Below, piece after piece: positions 28,721 to 37,930 of a stretch of DNA of 64,000 bases. The translations under genes were made by a program, and so were the position numbers. Numbering within the stretch: position 1 is the first letter of the stretch; every line of letters starts with the position of its first letter. The stretch comes from Candidatus Latescibacterota bacterium (GTDB lineage Bacteria > Latescibacterota > UBA2968 > GCA-2709665): NCBI GenBank assembly GCA_963667175.2, contig CAXXXF010000013.1:96001-160000 (forward strand), given 5' to 3'. The notes under the pieces were generated by a model, which worked only from the letters and a program-made list of their open reading frames with translations, was not told the DNA's origin and ran no database searches.

Positions 28721-30787
28721 TCATACTCCCAGGATCGGTACATCGATTCGAATTTCGGCGCCTCCAAGTTTACTGCGTTCAATTGCATCGACTTCCCCGC
28801 CAAGATCCTTAACGGTGTCCCGGACGATAGTTAGACCAAGCCCCGTTCCATCTTTTCTTGTCGTCTGACCAGGCAACCAAATATCCTTCTTGGGTATTCC
28901 GTCGATGCCAGGACCATTGTCAAGAACCCTTAGCCTAAAAATCCCGCCGTCAACTTCGGTACGGAGAAGGATCATTCTTGCTTCTGTGGTGGAATGTTCA
29001 AATGCGATAAGACTATTGTTGATTAAATTCGTAACAATGGACTCTACCGCGGCCTCACTTCCACTCAAAAAAGGCGCGCCATCACAGAGACAAAGTTCAA
29101 CTTTAACGTTTCTTCCTTCGAGAAACGGTTGGAATGTCTCAATAACGCTCTCGATGACTGTGTGTAGATCGACGTGAGAGATTCTACGCTTTTCATGTTC
29201 AACGAGCTTGAGTGTCGCTTGCCCAAGTACCTCAAGGCTCGCAATCGCTCGATTGATCCCTTGAACTGGCTTAAGAAACAACCTGTCGTATGTATTGCGA
29301 AGTGCCTTTCTTGCGCGTCTCTCAATTGCATCTATGGACATCGTGATACTCTTTATTGGATTGGCATTCGACTCATGCGCAAAGGTTGCTGCTGTGATAC
29401 CGGCAGTACTGAGTGTCCGATAGAGCTGAACTTCATTCTGTAGATTTCGAACCTCTCGGTCTCTCGACCGGTCGTACGCATCCACAGCATCAGTCAACAA
29501 CTGTTGAGATTCCGTAGGTACTTTACTTATAGCAGCATTGAGATCTTGCTTCGATCTGCTCGTTTTCTTTGGTGCGTCGGTACGCGCCCTGGCTCTTCGT
29601 TTCTCGGCCACCTCCAACCTTCTCTTAGCCATCCATTCCATTGCATCTTGAGCAAACGACTTCATCTCAAGAAAGGCATCCCCTTCTATAAATCCGGATC
29701 GGTCCGTTTTTTGAACCAACAGATTCTCGGTATCGAAGATTCTGACCCGACCTATTGCTGTATTGGTGCTCGGCCGCTCCTCTGGACTCCTTACTCTACT
29801 TAGGTTCATTTCCAGCCAATCATCCCCAGGGTTACCGTAGGGCATAACTCGTAACCCATTATGATACAGGTGGACTCCACCGAATTCCTGGAGCCACGTC
29901 CGAACCTCACCAAGCGTGGATGAACGAGTCAAGAAAGTCGACCTATTCAATATGTAAACCCAGAGGTCAAACTTAACGACCGAACATCGATATTTTTTAT
30001 CGTCACGGGAAACGGTCAATTCGTCATTGTCAGCTGAGAACAATTCCTCGCCGCGCCAGTCGACAACGGACGCTCTGGCTGTGCCGGTGTTGTCTATTGA
30101 AGCGATTAAGTGGTACTCCGCATCACCAAAGTATCGCGTTTGAACAATCGCTTCGAGGTCTGAATACTCTTCCGCCTTTAATTGTGGCTTGAACCCTTCC
30201 GGGTCATCCCCGAATGGGTCGGCCAACAATACAAGCTCTCTAGCCAATCGCTTCACGTCGAGCCGCCCAATTCGATTACTCAAATCTTCCAAATATATCT
30301 CCGAACCCGGCTTTATTCTCTCGGGACAAGAGCTTTTCTCAATGGAAAGTGTAACTTCGTCGACGTGCTCAACGTCTTCAAATTCCCTCCAATCAATCAG
30401 CAGGTCGTACTGAGTGGCTTTCTCTGTCCTTGGGAAAGTTGTAAGGTAAGCGGACGAGCCCATACGCAATGCGGCCAGCCTCCCGAGGCCTTTGCTACCT
30501 GCGGGTACTCTGCCACGGCGCGTGCGTTGATTGGATGATTTTCCCGATCTTCCAATTACAAGCCATCCGTTTTCGATATCTTGCGCGCCCATACCGTCGC
30601 CGTCGTCGACGATTTTAACAGATCCTCCCGGTTGGTCAGTTTGGATCAATTCTATCCTGCAGGTGCGTGCATCCGCATCATATGCGTTCTTGACAAGCTC
30701 GATAATCCCCTTGTCGGGGCTAGGGTTTAATTCCTCGCCAAGTCGACGTAGAATGTCAGTTGCAAATCGTATTTGTACACTGCTCAT
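28721..30787 (-). CDS. MORC/MutL-like GHKL ATPase fused to C-terminal histidine kinase
   Basis: GHKL 'IELVKNAYDADA', 'VDDGDGM', 'GSKGLGRLA'; S5-like 'LYHNGLRVMPYG..GDDWL', 'KTDRSGF'; HK H-box 'TFAHE', N-box 'NLINNS', 'DNGPGI', 'GTGLGL'; ATGA overlap with the upstream MTase. Confidence 0.9.
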   Translation of the reverse strand: MSSVQIRFATDILRRLGEELNPSPDKGIIELVKNAYDADARTCRIELIQTDQPGGSVKIVDDGDGMGAQDIENGWLVIGRSGKSSNQRTRRGRVPAGSKGLGRLAALRMGSSAYLTTFPRTEKATQYDLLIDWREFEDVEHVDEVTLSIEKSSCPERIKPGSEIYLEDLSNRIGRLDVKRLARELVLLADPFGDDPEGFKPQLKAEEYSDLEAIVQTRYFGDAEYHLIASIDNTGTARASVVDWRGEELFSADNDELTVSRDDKKYRCSVVKFDLWVYILNRSTFLTRSSTLGEVRTWLQEFGGVHLYHNGLRVMPYGNPGDDWLEMNLSRVRSPEERPSTNTAIGRVRIFDTENLLVQKTDRSGFIEGDAFLEMKSFAQDAMEWMAKRRLEVAEKRRARARTDAPKKTSRSKQDLNAAISKVPTESQQLLTDAVDAYDRSRDREVRNLQNEVQLYRTLSTAGITAATFAHESNANPIKSITMSIDAIERRARKALRNTYDRLFLKPVQGINRAIASLEVLGQATLKLVEHEKRRISHVDLHTVIESVIETFQPFLEGRNVKVELCLCDGAPFLSGSEAAVESIVTNLINNSLIAFEHSTTEARMILLRTEVDGGIFRLRVLDNGPGIDGIPKKDIWLPGQTTRKDGTGLGLTIVRDTVKDLGGEVDAIERSKLGGAEIRIDVPILGV

Positions 30788-32085
30788 TCGGCATCCCTCC
30801 ACCAAGGCAGATCCGCAATCGCTGACACTGTCAAGTGCCTACAGCAGATATATTGATCTAACCATTGGGTCGTCTTTGGATTCCGAAGAACTTCGAGTAG
30901 CTCGCGACAAGCCTCAATTGTCCCATCCATTGGGCGCAAGACAAGAAGATGATTCTCAACTGCAACGGCACTCTCCGTATTAACAATTGTCCCAAGCGCT
31001 CTGAATTTATCTCCCGGCCTTGAGGTCCGCCGAACCACAACAAATGGCGAAGCAATGACTTTGCCCTTAAACCTACGATATTGCGAAACTTCGCTGACCG
31101 TCTGCCATGATGATGAATTGCGAGCATGTACGAAAGGATGCGAAGGTCCTTCATGCGGGTCTCGATAGTCAACAACAGGACCGATACATACCTCGAACCA
31201 TTCCCCCACACTTGAAAGTGTCGGTCTAATTGGTCTACTCCAATGAAAACCATTCGATCCTTTAGTTTCTTCGTGAATCTCAACATCCAGAACAAATACA
31301 TCAACGTCGGTCCACCTATCAAACCTGCCATGTAATTCTATCCGATGCATTCTCGATCGTGATTCAACGAACTTTCGCCATTTTTCATACCGAGACCCAC
31401 TTCTGAGCACATCAGGCAATATTGCTACGATTCGTGTCCCACAATTCGCGTGGCGAATGCATGCCTCCATAAAGAGCGCGGCGGCATTTACCTTTCCGCT
31501 GGCCCAATTACAACTTTCAGGTGCGGTTGACAGACCGAAGGGTGGATTTACGACAATGTGTGTAGCCGCCTTGATCGCGTCCTCGTCCGAAATCCCGCAC
31601 GCACAGACAATCTTGGGAAACGTCTCTTGAACATTGGGGACACTACATTTATCCCGAATATTGTCGCGAAATGCAGCTAGTAAGAGCCTCGCCTTTGCGG
31701 CCTGAATGAACTTTGGATAGATGTCGCGGCCCATTATCTGGGCGCCCCAACTTTTCAGAGTAGTATCAAGATCGTTGTTTTTGCCTAATTTGGTAGCGCA
31801 TGTGATGAGCAAATCACCAGTGCCACATGCAGGATCCAAAATGACTGATCGATCGTCAATCGTACCAACGAAGGATTTCACCGCGATTTGTGATAAATCG
31901 GAACCCGTAAAGAAAGCACCCGACGTCCGTAGTTCCGTCAACGAAACGAGCCTGCGCAGTTCCTGCGCAGGCTGACCATCCAATGCGTCGTCGATGCGCG
32001 CAATTGTGTCGTCATTTTCCGATAGATCCACTGACTCCAGAATCAAGGAATGAAGGTAGTCGAGATATGGTGCGAATTTGTCCAT
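30784..32085 (-). CDS. N6-adenine DNA methyltransferase (gamma class) with C-terminal TRD-like region
   Basis: 'GAFFT', motif I 'ILDPACGTGDLL', motif IV 'VNPPF', 'AILPDVL', C-terminal 'VVRRTSRP...AVENHL'. Confidence 0.88.
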   Translation of the reverse strand: MDKFAPYLDYLHSLILESVDLSENDDTIARIDDALDGQPAQELRRLVSLTELRTSGAFFTGSDLSQIAVKSFVGTIDDRSVILDPACGTGDLLITCATKLGKNNDLDTTLKSWGAQIMGRDIYPKFIQAAKARLLLAAFRDNIRDKCSVPNVQETFPKIVCACGISDEDAIKAATHIVVNPPFGLSTAPESCNWASGKVNAAALFMEACIRHANCGTRIVAILPDVLRSGSRYEKWRKFVESRSRMHRIELHGRFDRWTDVDVFVLDVEIHEETKGSNGFHWSRPIRPTLSSVGEWFEVCIGPVVDYRDPHEGPSHPFVHARNSSSWQTVSEVSQYRRFKGKVIASPFVVVRRTSRPGDKFRALGTIVNTESAVAVENHLLVLRPMDGTIEACRELLEVLRNPKTTQWLDQYICCRHLTVSAIADLPWWRDAE

Positions 32086-32158
32086 AGGCGCCGCATCTTT
32101 CAACCACGCTCGCAGAGTTACCGCTTGAAACAGCAATTATCACGAAAGGCCCTGCGAA

Positions 32159-32187
32159 AATGTACGGCAGATTACGATTATCGTCAA
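32159..32187 (-). promoter_or_regulatory. Putative sigma70 promoter of the island operon
   Basis: Minus strand TTGACG-N17-TACATT about 70 nt upstream of the MTase ATG. Confidence 0.5.
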
Positions 32188-32258
32188 GCTGGAGGCAATT
32201 GACGCCTGATCAAATAACGCCGTGATTGCCACTTGAACGGGCTCTCCGATACCTTGAT

Positions 32259-33611
32259 TTACACGCTCTCCGTCGCCACCTGTTCCAGCGCGTCGACCAG
32301 GCTCTTGCGTACGAGGTCGCACAGTTCGTCGATGTCCTCCCGCTGTACGATCAGCGCCGGGCCCACGGCGAACCATGTGGGGTCGACGCGGATCAGCAGC
32401 CCGTTTTCCAGAGAGGTACGTTTCAGCGCCTGGCCCAGTTCCGGAAACGGCGCCATCGACTTCGTGTCCCTTACCAGTTCCACGCCCTGCAACAGCCCCC
32501 GGCCCCGCACCTCGCGCACCACGCCCAGGTCCTTCAACCCTTCCAGCTTCGATGCCAGGTATCGGCCGAGTTCCCCGGCCTTCCTGTCCAGTTCCTGCTC
32601 GACGATTTCATCGATTACGGCCATACCCACGGCGCAGGCGACCGGATTGGCCGCGAACGTATGTCCGTGCGCGAAGTTGACGTCCGCCTCCACCGGGCCG
32701 AGAAAGACGGCTCCCATATCCTCCCGCGCCATCATCGCGCCCACGGGATACGCCCCGCTGGAGATTCCCTTTCCCGCGCAGATGATATCGGGCGTGACCC
32801 CGAAGGTCTGGGCGGCGAACATCGAACCGGTCTTGCCGAACCCCGTGATGATCTCGTCGTAGATCAACGCCACGTTGTGCCGGTCGCAGACGTCGCGGAC
32901 AATCTGAAAATACTCCTCGGTGGGCGTAATGATCCCACCGGTATTGCCGATCGGTTCCAGAATGACGCCGGCCACGGTGTCCGGGTCTTCGTTGACGATC
33001 ACGTCCTCGAACGTCTCCGCGCAGAAGCGGTTGCAATCCTCCCACGAAGCGAACCGGTCTCGGTAATAGGTGGGCGGAAAGACCTTCAGAAAGCCGCCCG
33101 GCTGGGGCTCGAACGGGGTCTTGCGTTTTCCCGTCCCGCTGGCGGCCATTGCGCCGAAGGTGGCGCCGTGATACCCGAAGTAACGGCTGACGAACTTGTA
33201 CTTGCCCGGATAGCCGCTTTGCTTGAAGTATTGCCGCGTGAATTTCAGCGCGGATTCCACGGCCTCCGATCCACCGCTGTAGGACTTGATGAAATTCAAA
33301 TTCTCCGGCGTCACCTCGCTCAGCTTCTCGACGAAATCCAGCGCCACGTCCGAAAGCCCGTGCATGGGCGGCGAGAATCCCAGTGTCTCCGCCTGCGTTC
33401 GCATCGCCTCCAGCACCCGGGGGTGCCCGTGTCCGAGCGAGGCCACGAAGATGCCGCCGATCCCGTCGAAATAACGTTTGCCCTCCGTATCCCAATAGTG
33501 GATTCCGTGCGCTTTCTTCACGACGAACGGACGCTCCAGGAATGCCGACGTCTGTTGATAATCCAGAAACGTCCGCTCGAGGAGCCGCCGCTGGCGGCCG
33601 TCCAGCTTCAT
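32259..33611 (-). CDS. Class III aminotransferase (omega-amino acid/taurine type)
   Basis: 'GGSEAVESALK', 'YHG.T', 'ILEPI', 'IYDEIITGFGKTG', 'PDII.AGKG', 'HGHTF'. Confidence 0.9.
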   Translation of the reverse strand: MKLDGRQRRLLERTFLDYQQTSAFLERPFVVKKAHGIHYWDTEGKRYFDGIGGIFVASLGHGHPRVLEAMRTQAETLGFSPPMHGLSDVALDFVEKLSEVTPENLNFIKSYSGGSEAVESALKFTRQYFKQSGYPGKYKFVSRYFGYHGATFGAMAASGTGKRKTPFEPQPGGFLKVFPPTYYRDRFASWEDCNRFCAETFEDVIVNEDPDTVAGVILEPIGNTGGIITPTEEYFQIVRDVCDRHNVALIYDEIITGFGKTGSMFAAQTFGVTPDIICAGKGISSGAYPVGAMMAREDMGAVFLGPVEADVNFAHGHTFAANPVACAVGMAVIDEIVEQELDRKAGELGRYLASKLEGLKDLGVVREVRGRGLLQGVELVRDTKSMAPFPELGQALKRTSLENGLLIRVDPTWFAVGPALIVQREDIDELCDLVRKSLVDALEQVATESV

Positions 33612-33672
33612 CTATTCATTCCTCCGGCCTCATGGCCTCAACGTCATCGACAACCTCTACGACAAACCCTTA

Positions 33673-33861
33673 GAAGCTGTCTTAAAATTCCAAGCGGTCT
33701 TCGCACCTGCCTGCTGCCGCAGGCAAGGCAGGCGGCTGCAAAAGCGCCGGTCGGCGTTGGTCAAACCCACCCGTATAGACAAATATGGGCGGATTTTCCC
33801 GCCTTGACCGCCACTTTTTCGCTCGTGCTCGGGAACTCACCGGTAATTTTAAAACAACTTC
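33673..33861. mobile_element. MITE family B (189 bp)
   Basis: TIRs GAAGCTGTCTTAAAATT / AATTTTAAAACAACTTC (15/17 match), TTA direct repeats at 33670-33672 and 33862-33864, internal GC hairpin CCTGCCTGC...GCAAGGCAGG. Confidence 0.78.
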
Positions 33862-34616
33862 TTAGGCGCCAGCACGAGCCGTTCCGCATTCTTGTAGGCG
33901 ATCTGCTCCCTTTCCTGTTCCGTAATATCCGCCGCGGCCAGCAGGGTGGGGAACGCCATCGGCTCGTACAGAGGCGAATCCGTTCCGAAGAGGACCCTGT
34001 CCGCGCCCACCTCACGCACGACCAGCCCGATGATGCCGGTCCGAATCGCCCGCGCGGTGCCCATGTCCGTGTAGAGGTTGCCCGTTCTGCAATCCTGCAG
34101 CGCGTCGATCGCCTCGTACGTCTGGCCCGGCTGTCCGGCGCCGAAATGCGCCGTTATCAACGTCAGGGACGGGAATGCTTCGGCCAGCCGCCGCAAACGG
34201 GCCGGGGCCGCGTAGGACTCGTTTTCTCCGTGGGAAAGCACGGGAAGCCCGAGCGGCTCCAACTTTTCGAAAAGCCGGAAAGTGGGCTTGATGTCGGCCG
34301 GATACTTGTGCTGTACCGGGTGGATTTTGATGCCGGCGACCATGGGATGATCCTTGAACCGCTCCAGCAACTCCAGCGACTCGCTCATTTTCAGCGGGTT
34401 CAAAACCAGCCAGACGAGCAGATGGTTCAGCTTCTCAGCCTGCTCTATGGTCCATTCGTTCCCGTACGTCAGCTCCGTAAACAGCGCGGAACCGGACGTG
34501 ACCACGGTCCGTTCGATGCCCGCGCGCTCCTGCAGCGCCACGAATCCCTCGGCCGTAAACGTTGTAACGTCGTCGAACCACGGCCCCAGATGGGCGTGCG
34601 TGTCGATATATCGCAT
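33849..34616 (-). CDS. Amidohydrolase family (TIM-barrel) protein
   Basis: 'IDTHAH', 'GIKIHP', 'PVLSHG', 'AHFG', 'VLFGTDSP', 'NAERL'. Confidence 0.88.
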   Translation of the reverse strand: MRYIDTHAHLGPWFDDVTTFTAEGFVALQERAGIERTVVTSGSALFTELTYGNEWTIEQAEKLNHLLVWLVLNPLKMSESLELLERFKDHPMVAGIKIHPVQHKYPADIKPTFRLFEKLEPLGLPVLSHGENESYAAPARLRRLAEAFPSLTLITAHFGAGQPGQTYEAIDALQDCRTGNLYTDMGTARAIRTGIIGLVVREVGADRVLFGTDSPLYEPMAFPTLLAAADITEQEREQIAYKNAERLVLAPKKLF

Positions 34617-34661
34617 GTGACGTCCCTCCGGTTTCAACTTCCCGCTTATTCGTCCCTGGAA

Positions 34662-35987
34662 TTACACGACCCTGCCCACGGCCTCGATCAATCCGTCCAC
34701 GTGGCTTTCGTCCATCGGCGCGGAGACGGCGCACATCACCAGGCCGTTCCCCAGGTAATATCCCTCTTCGATCAGACCGAGCAACAGCCGGTGCGCCGCC
34801 GCCTTGTCCGTTCCCGCCAGGTGGCGGTAATTCAGCATCTCTTCGCACGAAAAGTGAATGCTGAACAGTGAGCCGACACCGACCGCGGTCGCATTCACAT
34901 TTTTCGCCGAAAACAGGCGATTCAACCCATGCCTGAGCCGCTCTCCCAGCCGGTTCAGGTGCGCGAATACATCCGGCGTCAACTGCTTCAGGGTCGCCAG
35001 GCCCGCGGCCATGGCCACAGGATGCCCGCTGAACGTGCCGCTCTGAAAGAAACCTGTCGGCCCCCGGGACGAATCGAAGCGATCCATCAGGTCGGCCCGG
35101 CCTCCGAAGGCCCCCACAGGAAACCCGCCGCCGATGACCTTTCCAAACGTCGTCAGGTCGGGCGCGATGCCGTAGTGTTCCTGCAGACCCCCGGCGCCGA
35201 CCCGGAACCCCACGATCTCGTCGAATATCACCAGCACATTGATCCGGCGCGCCATGTCACACACGAACTGCGCAAACTCCGCGCGTTGAGACAAGATGCC
35301 GGCCCTGGGGTCGAAGATCACACACGCCAGTTCGTTCCGGTGTCGCGCGAGCAATCTCTCAACCGCGTTCTCGTCGTCATACGGCAGGACCACCACCTCG
35401 CCGGCAGCGTTCGGTGATGCGCCGCCCGCCGTGGAAACCGAATGCGGAGCCGACGCGGGGCCCGCCTTTTCCAGCGGCGGCGCCACGCTCACCTCCACCA
35501 CGTCGTGGCTGCCGTGGTACCCGCCCTCGAACTTGGCGATTTTCGTCCGGCCGCTGACGCCCCGCGCCAGGCGAATGGCGTGCAGGGTCGCTTCGGTGCC
35601 GGAATTGCAGAACCGGATCTTTTCCACGGACTTCACTCGCCCGCACATCTCTTCGGCCAGCTCTGTCTCTACCCCCGCGGGCGCGCTGAGCGCGATGCCT
35701 CGGGAAACCTGTCCCTGCACGGCGGCTACGACCGCCGGATGGTTGTGGCCCAGAATCTGCGCGGTATGGTGGTTGTTGAAGTCCGTCAGTTTGCGGCCGT
35801 CCAGGTCGTATACGTAACACCCCTCGCCTCGCTCGACGGTCAGCGGATAGGGCTCGTAATAGTACGCGCCTTTCACCCCGCCGGGCATCACCGACCTGGC
35901 CTGCTCGAAGGCCGCCCCGGAGCGCGGACTCCCCGCACGGTAACGTTCCGCCGATGACGGCCTGCTTTCAGCCGATGTCTCATCCAT
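34662..35987 (-). CDS. Class III aminotransferase, glutamate-1-semialdehyde aminomutase-like paralogue
   Basis: 'MPGGV', 'NSGTEAT', 'KFEGGYHG', 'FDEIVGFR', 'PDLTTFGKVIGGGFPVGAFGG'. Confidence 0.88.
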   Translation of the reverse strand: MDETSAESRPSSAERYRAGSPRSGAAFEQARSVMPGGVKGAYYYEPYPLTVERGEGCYVYDLDGRKLTDFNNHHTAQILGHNHPAVVAAVQGQVSRGIALSAPAGVETELAEEMCGRVKSVEKIRFCNSGTEATLHAIRLARGVSGRTKIAKFEGGYHGSHDVVEVSVAPPLEKAGPASAPHSVSTAGGASPNAAGEVVVLPYDDENAVERLLARHRNELACVIFDPRAGILSQRAEFAQFVCDMARRINVLVIFDEIVGFRVGAGGLQEHYGIAPDLTTFGKVIGGGFPVGAFGGRADLMDRFDSSRGPTGFFQSGTFSGHPVAMAAGLATLKQLTPDVFAHLNRLGERLRHGLNRLFSAKNVNATAVGVGSLFSIHFSCEEMLNYRHLAGTDKAAAHRLLLGLIEEGYYLGNGLVMCAVSAPMDESHVDGLIEAVGRVV

Positions 35988-35996
35988 GCCGATTTC

Positions 35997-36998
35997 TCAA
36001 TCCATCCGGAAACGCTCGAAAACAACGTGCTGGTAGGGGGATTCCGATCCTGCTTCGTACAGGCAGCCGACCGAGCCGTCCGAAAGCAACGCAAGACACG
36101 AATACGCCGCCGGTCCTTCGTGCAGCAGTTTCGCCGAGGACCAGGTCATGCCACCGTCGTTACTCGATCGGACGGTCATATTCACCCGCTCGCCTCCATC
36201 CGGGCTTGCGGGCTCCGGCGCCGCGGGATTCGAAAACAGCAGGCTGTTCTTCCCGATGCCTTCGACCATGCTGGCCTGGCATTTGGGACAGGGAAGGTTG
36301 CGGTCGTGTGTGAACCCGGTCCAGGACGCCCCGCCGTCCCGGCTGAACGCCGTTCCGCGATACCCTTCGCTGTGCGTCTGCATCCGGGTATTCATGACCA
36401 CGGTCCCGTCCGCGAGTTCGACGAACTGGCACTCGTTGGCCCCCGGCCGGACCGAGCCCCCGAGCCGCCAGGACGCCCCGCCGTCGTCGCTGTACACCGA
36501 ATGGGAACCGCAGTCGTACGTTTCCGGATTCCGGTGGTCGCAGGGAATCAGCAGCCGCCCTTTCCGCGCGCCCCTCCTGAGCTGGATGCCCACCCCCGGA
36601 CCCGTCGCGTACCAGGACCACGCCTCCTCTTTCACGTCTTGCGTGACGTCGATGGGATCGGACCACGAGAGGCCGTCGTCGGAACTGTGCGTGAGCAGCA
36701 CGTCGATATTGTCCCTGCAGAACAACATCCGGATCGTGCCCGTCTCCGCGTGTACCACGGGGCACGGGTTGCCGATGGTCACCTCTCCCGCTTCACAATA
36801 GACGACTGCCTGCTCTGACCAGGTACGCCCTCCGTCTTCCGAACGCTTCACCAGGAGATCGATATCGCCGTGGTCCGCCCGGCTGTTTCGCCTGCCCTCG
36901 CAGAAGGCCAGCAGCGATCCCCCGGGCGCAGCAAGCAGCGCCGGAATCCGGTACGTGTGGTACCCATCCCGTCCGCTGGTGAATACATTCGTCTTCAC
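35997..36998 (-). CDS. Sialidase-family (BNR repeat, GH33-like) protein
   Basis: 'YRIP' motif; Asp boxes SEDGGRTW, SDDGLSW, SDDGGASW, SRDGGASW, SNDGGMTW; 'AYS', 'LYE'. Confidence 0.9.
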   Translation of the reverse strand: MKTNVFTSGRDGYHTYRIPALLAAPGGSLLAFCEGRRNSRADHGDIDLLVKRSEDGGRTWSEQAVVYCEAGEVTIGNPCPVVHAETGTIRMLFCRDNIDVLLTHSSDDGLSWSDPIDVTQDVKEEAWSWYATGPGVGIQLRRGARKGRLLIPCDHRNPETYDCGSHSVYSDDGGASWRLGGSVRPGANECQFVELADGTVVMNTRMQTHSEGYRGTAFSRDGGASWTGFTHDRNLPCPKCQASMVEGIGKNSLLFSNPAAPEPASPDGGERVNMTVRSSNDGGMTWSSAKLLHEGPAAYSCLALLSDGSVGCLYEAGSESPYQHVVFERFRMD

Positions 36999-37007
36999 GC
37001 GTTTCCC

Positions 37008-37820
37008 TCAATGCTGGTCGCGCCGGTCCATGATCTCCGTCGCCTTCAGTTCCCGAACCAGTTCGATCAGGCCCTCTGTGGCCGCCTCCAGGAATTCCTC
37101 CCCCTTCTCGCGGCTGGCCTTTGTCGCGTCGCCCATCACGCCGCTCGCCGTTTTCGTGCTCCAGTACGGCGTGAAATTCGCGCTGGATCCATCCGGATGG
37201 CCGCCTGACAGCAGATCGGACTGGAAACTGTTCGAGAGGGGCGACCTCTCGTCGACCGCCTTGCTCATGTCCACCAGGTCCGGCTTCAACGCGAGATACA
37301 GGGACGTCTCGAACTCTCCTCCGTGCGAGGTCCCGCCGTAGTCCGACTCCCTCAACTTGCGTCCGGCTTCTTTCACTTTCCGGAGCCCCCAATGATTCAC
37401 CGAGCCGCACAGAATTCTGCCCTCGTATTCGATGACCGACAGCCGGGCCGCCAGATCCAGCGGGGACGTATTGCTTCCGTGGCCGTTCACGACCAGGATC
37501 CGCTTGAAGCCGTGGTGGGCGAGGCTGCAGCAGACGTCCTTGACGTATCGGATGAAGGTATCCCACGTGATCGTCAGCGTCCCGTGAAAATCCATATGGT
37601 GGGGGCTGTACCCGTGCGGAACCGCCGGGACCAGAACGGCCTCGGACGGGATCCGCGACACGGCCCGTTCGCAGATTCCGGTACAGAGAACAACGTCGGT
37701 ATCCACCGGAAGATGGGGTCCGTGATCCTCGTACGTCGCCACCGGCAGTACCGCGACGCGGTCCTGCTCCGCGGCTTCCTTGATTTCATACCAGATCATC
37801 TCGGCAAATCGATATTTCAT
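37008..37820 (-). CDS. Creatininase family amidohydrolase
   Basis: 'EDHGPHLPVDTD', 'SPHHMDF.GT', 'NGHGSN', 'HGGEFETS'. Confidence 0.9.
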   Translation of the reverse strand: MKYRFAEMIWYEIKEAAEQDRVAVLPVATYEDHGPHLPVDTDVVLCTGICERAVSRIPSEAVLVPAVPHGYSPHHMDFHGTLTITWDTFIRYVKDVCCSLAHHGFKRILVVNGHGSNTSPLDLAARLSVIEYEGRILCGSVNHWGLRKVKEAGRKLRESDYGGTSHGGEFETSLYLALKPDLVDMSKAVDERSPLSNSFQSDLLSGGHPDGSSANFTPYWSTKTASGVMGDATKASREKGEEFLEAATEGLIELVRELKATEIMDRRDQH

Positions 37821-37930
37821 CCTCTGCTCCTTCAGCCGCCATTGATATCCCGATTACGCAAACGAGGGCCGATGCCTGTCCGCAAACGGCCCATCCGGAG
37901 TCCACTGGACTTGCGTTCCCGCGCTTCCGC

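Larger units (their letters stand above)
23800..32230. other. AT-richer defence island (five co-oriented genes)
   Basis: Visible drop in GC and loss of G/C third-position bias relative to both flanks; contains two N6-MTase domains, nucleases and a GHKL-HK; no integrase; boundaries approximate. Confidence 0.8.

Noticed and set aside
32226-34871. 881-aa plus-strand ORF spanning three genes
   Set aside because: Antisense shadow with no motifs; it also reads through a MITE.
34662-35987. hemL assignment
   Set aside because: Divergent N-terminal motif (PGGVKGA rather than PGGVNSP) and a catabolic context with no hem genes.
37008-37820. Mycofactocin peptidase MftE / RiPP cluster
   Set aside because: No precursor peptide, radical SAM or MftB-like gene nearby.
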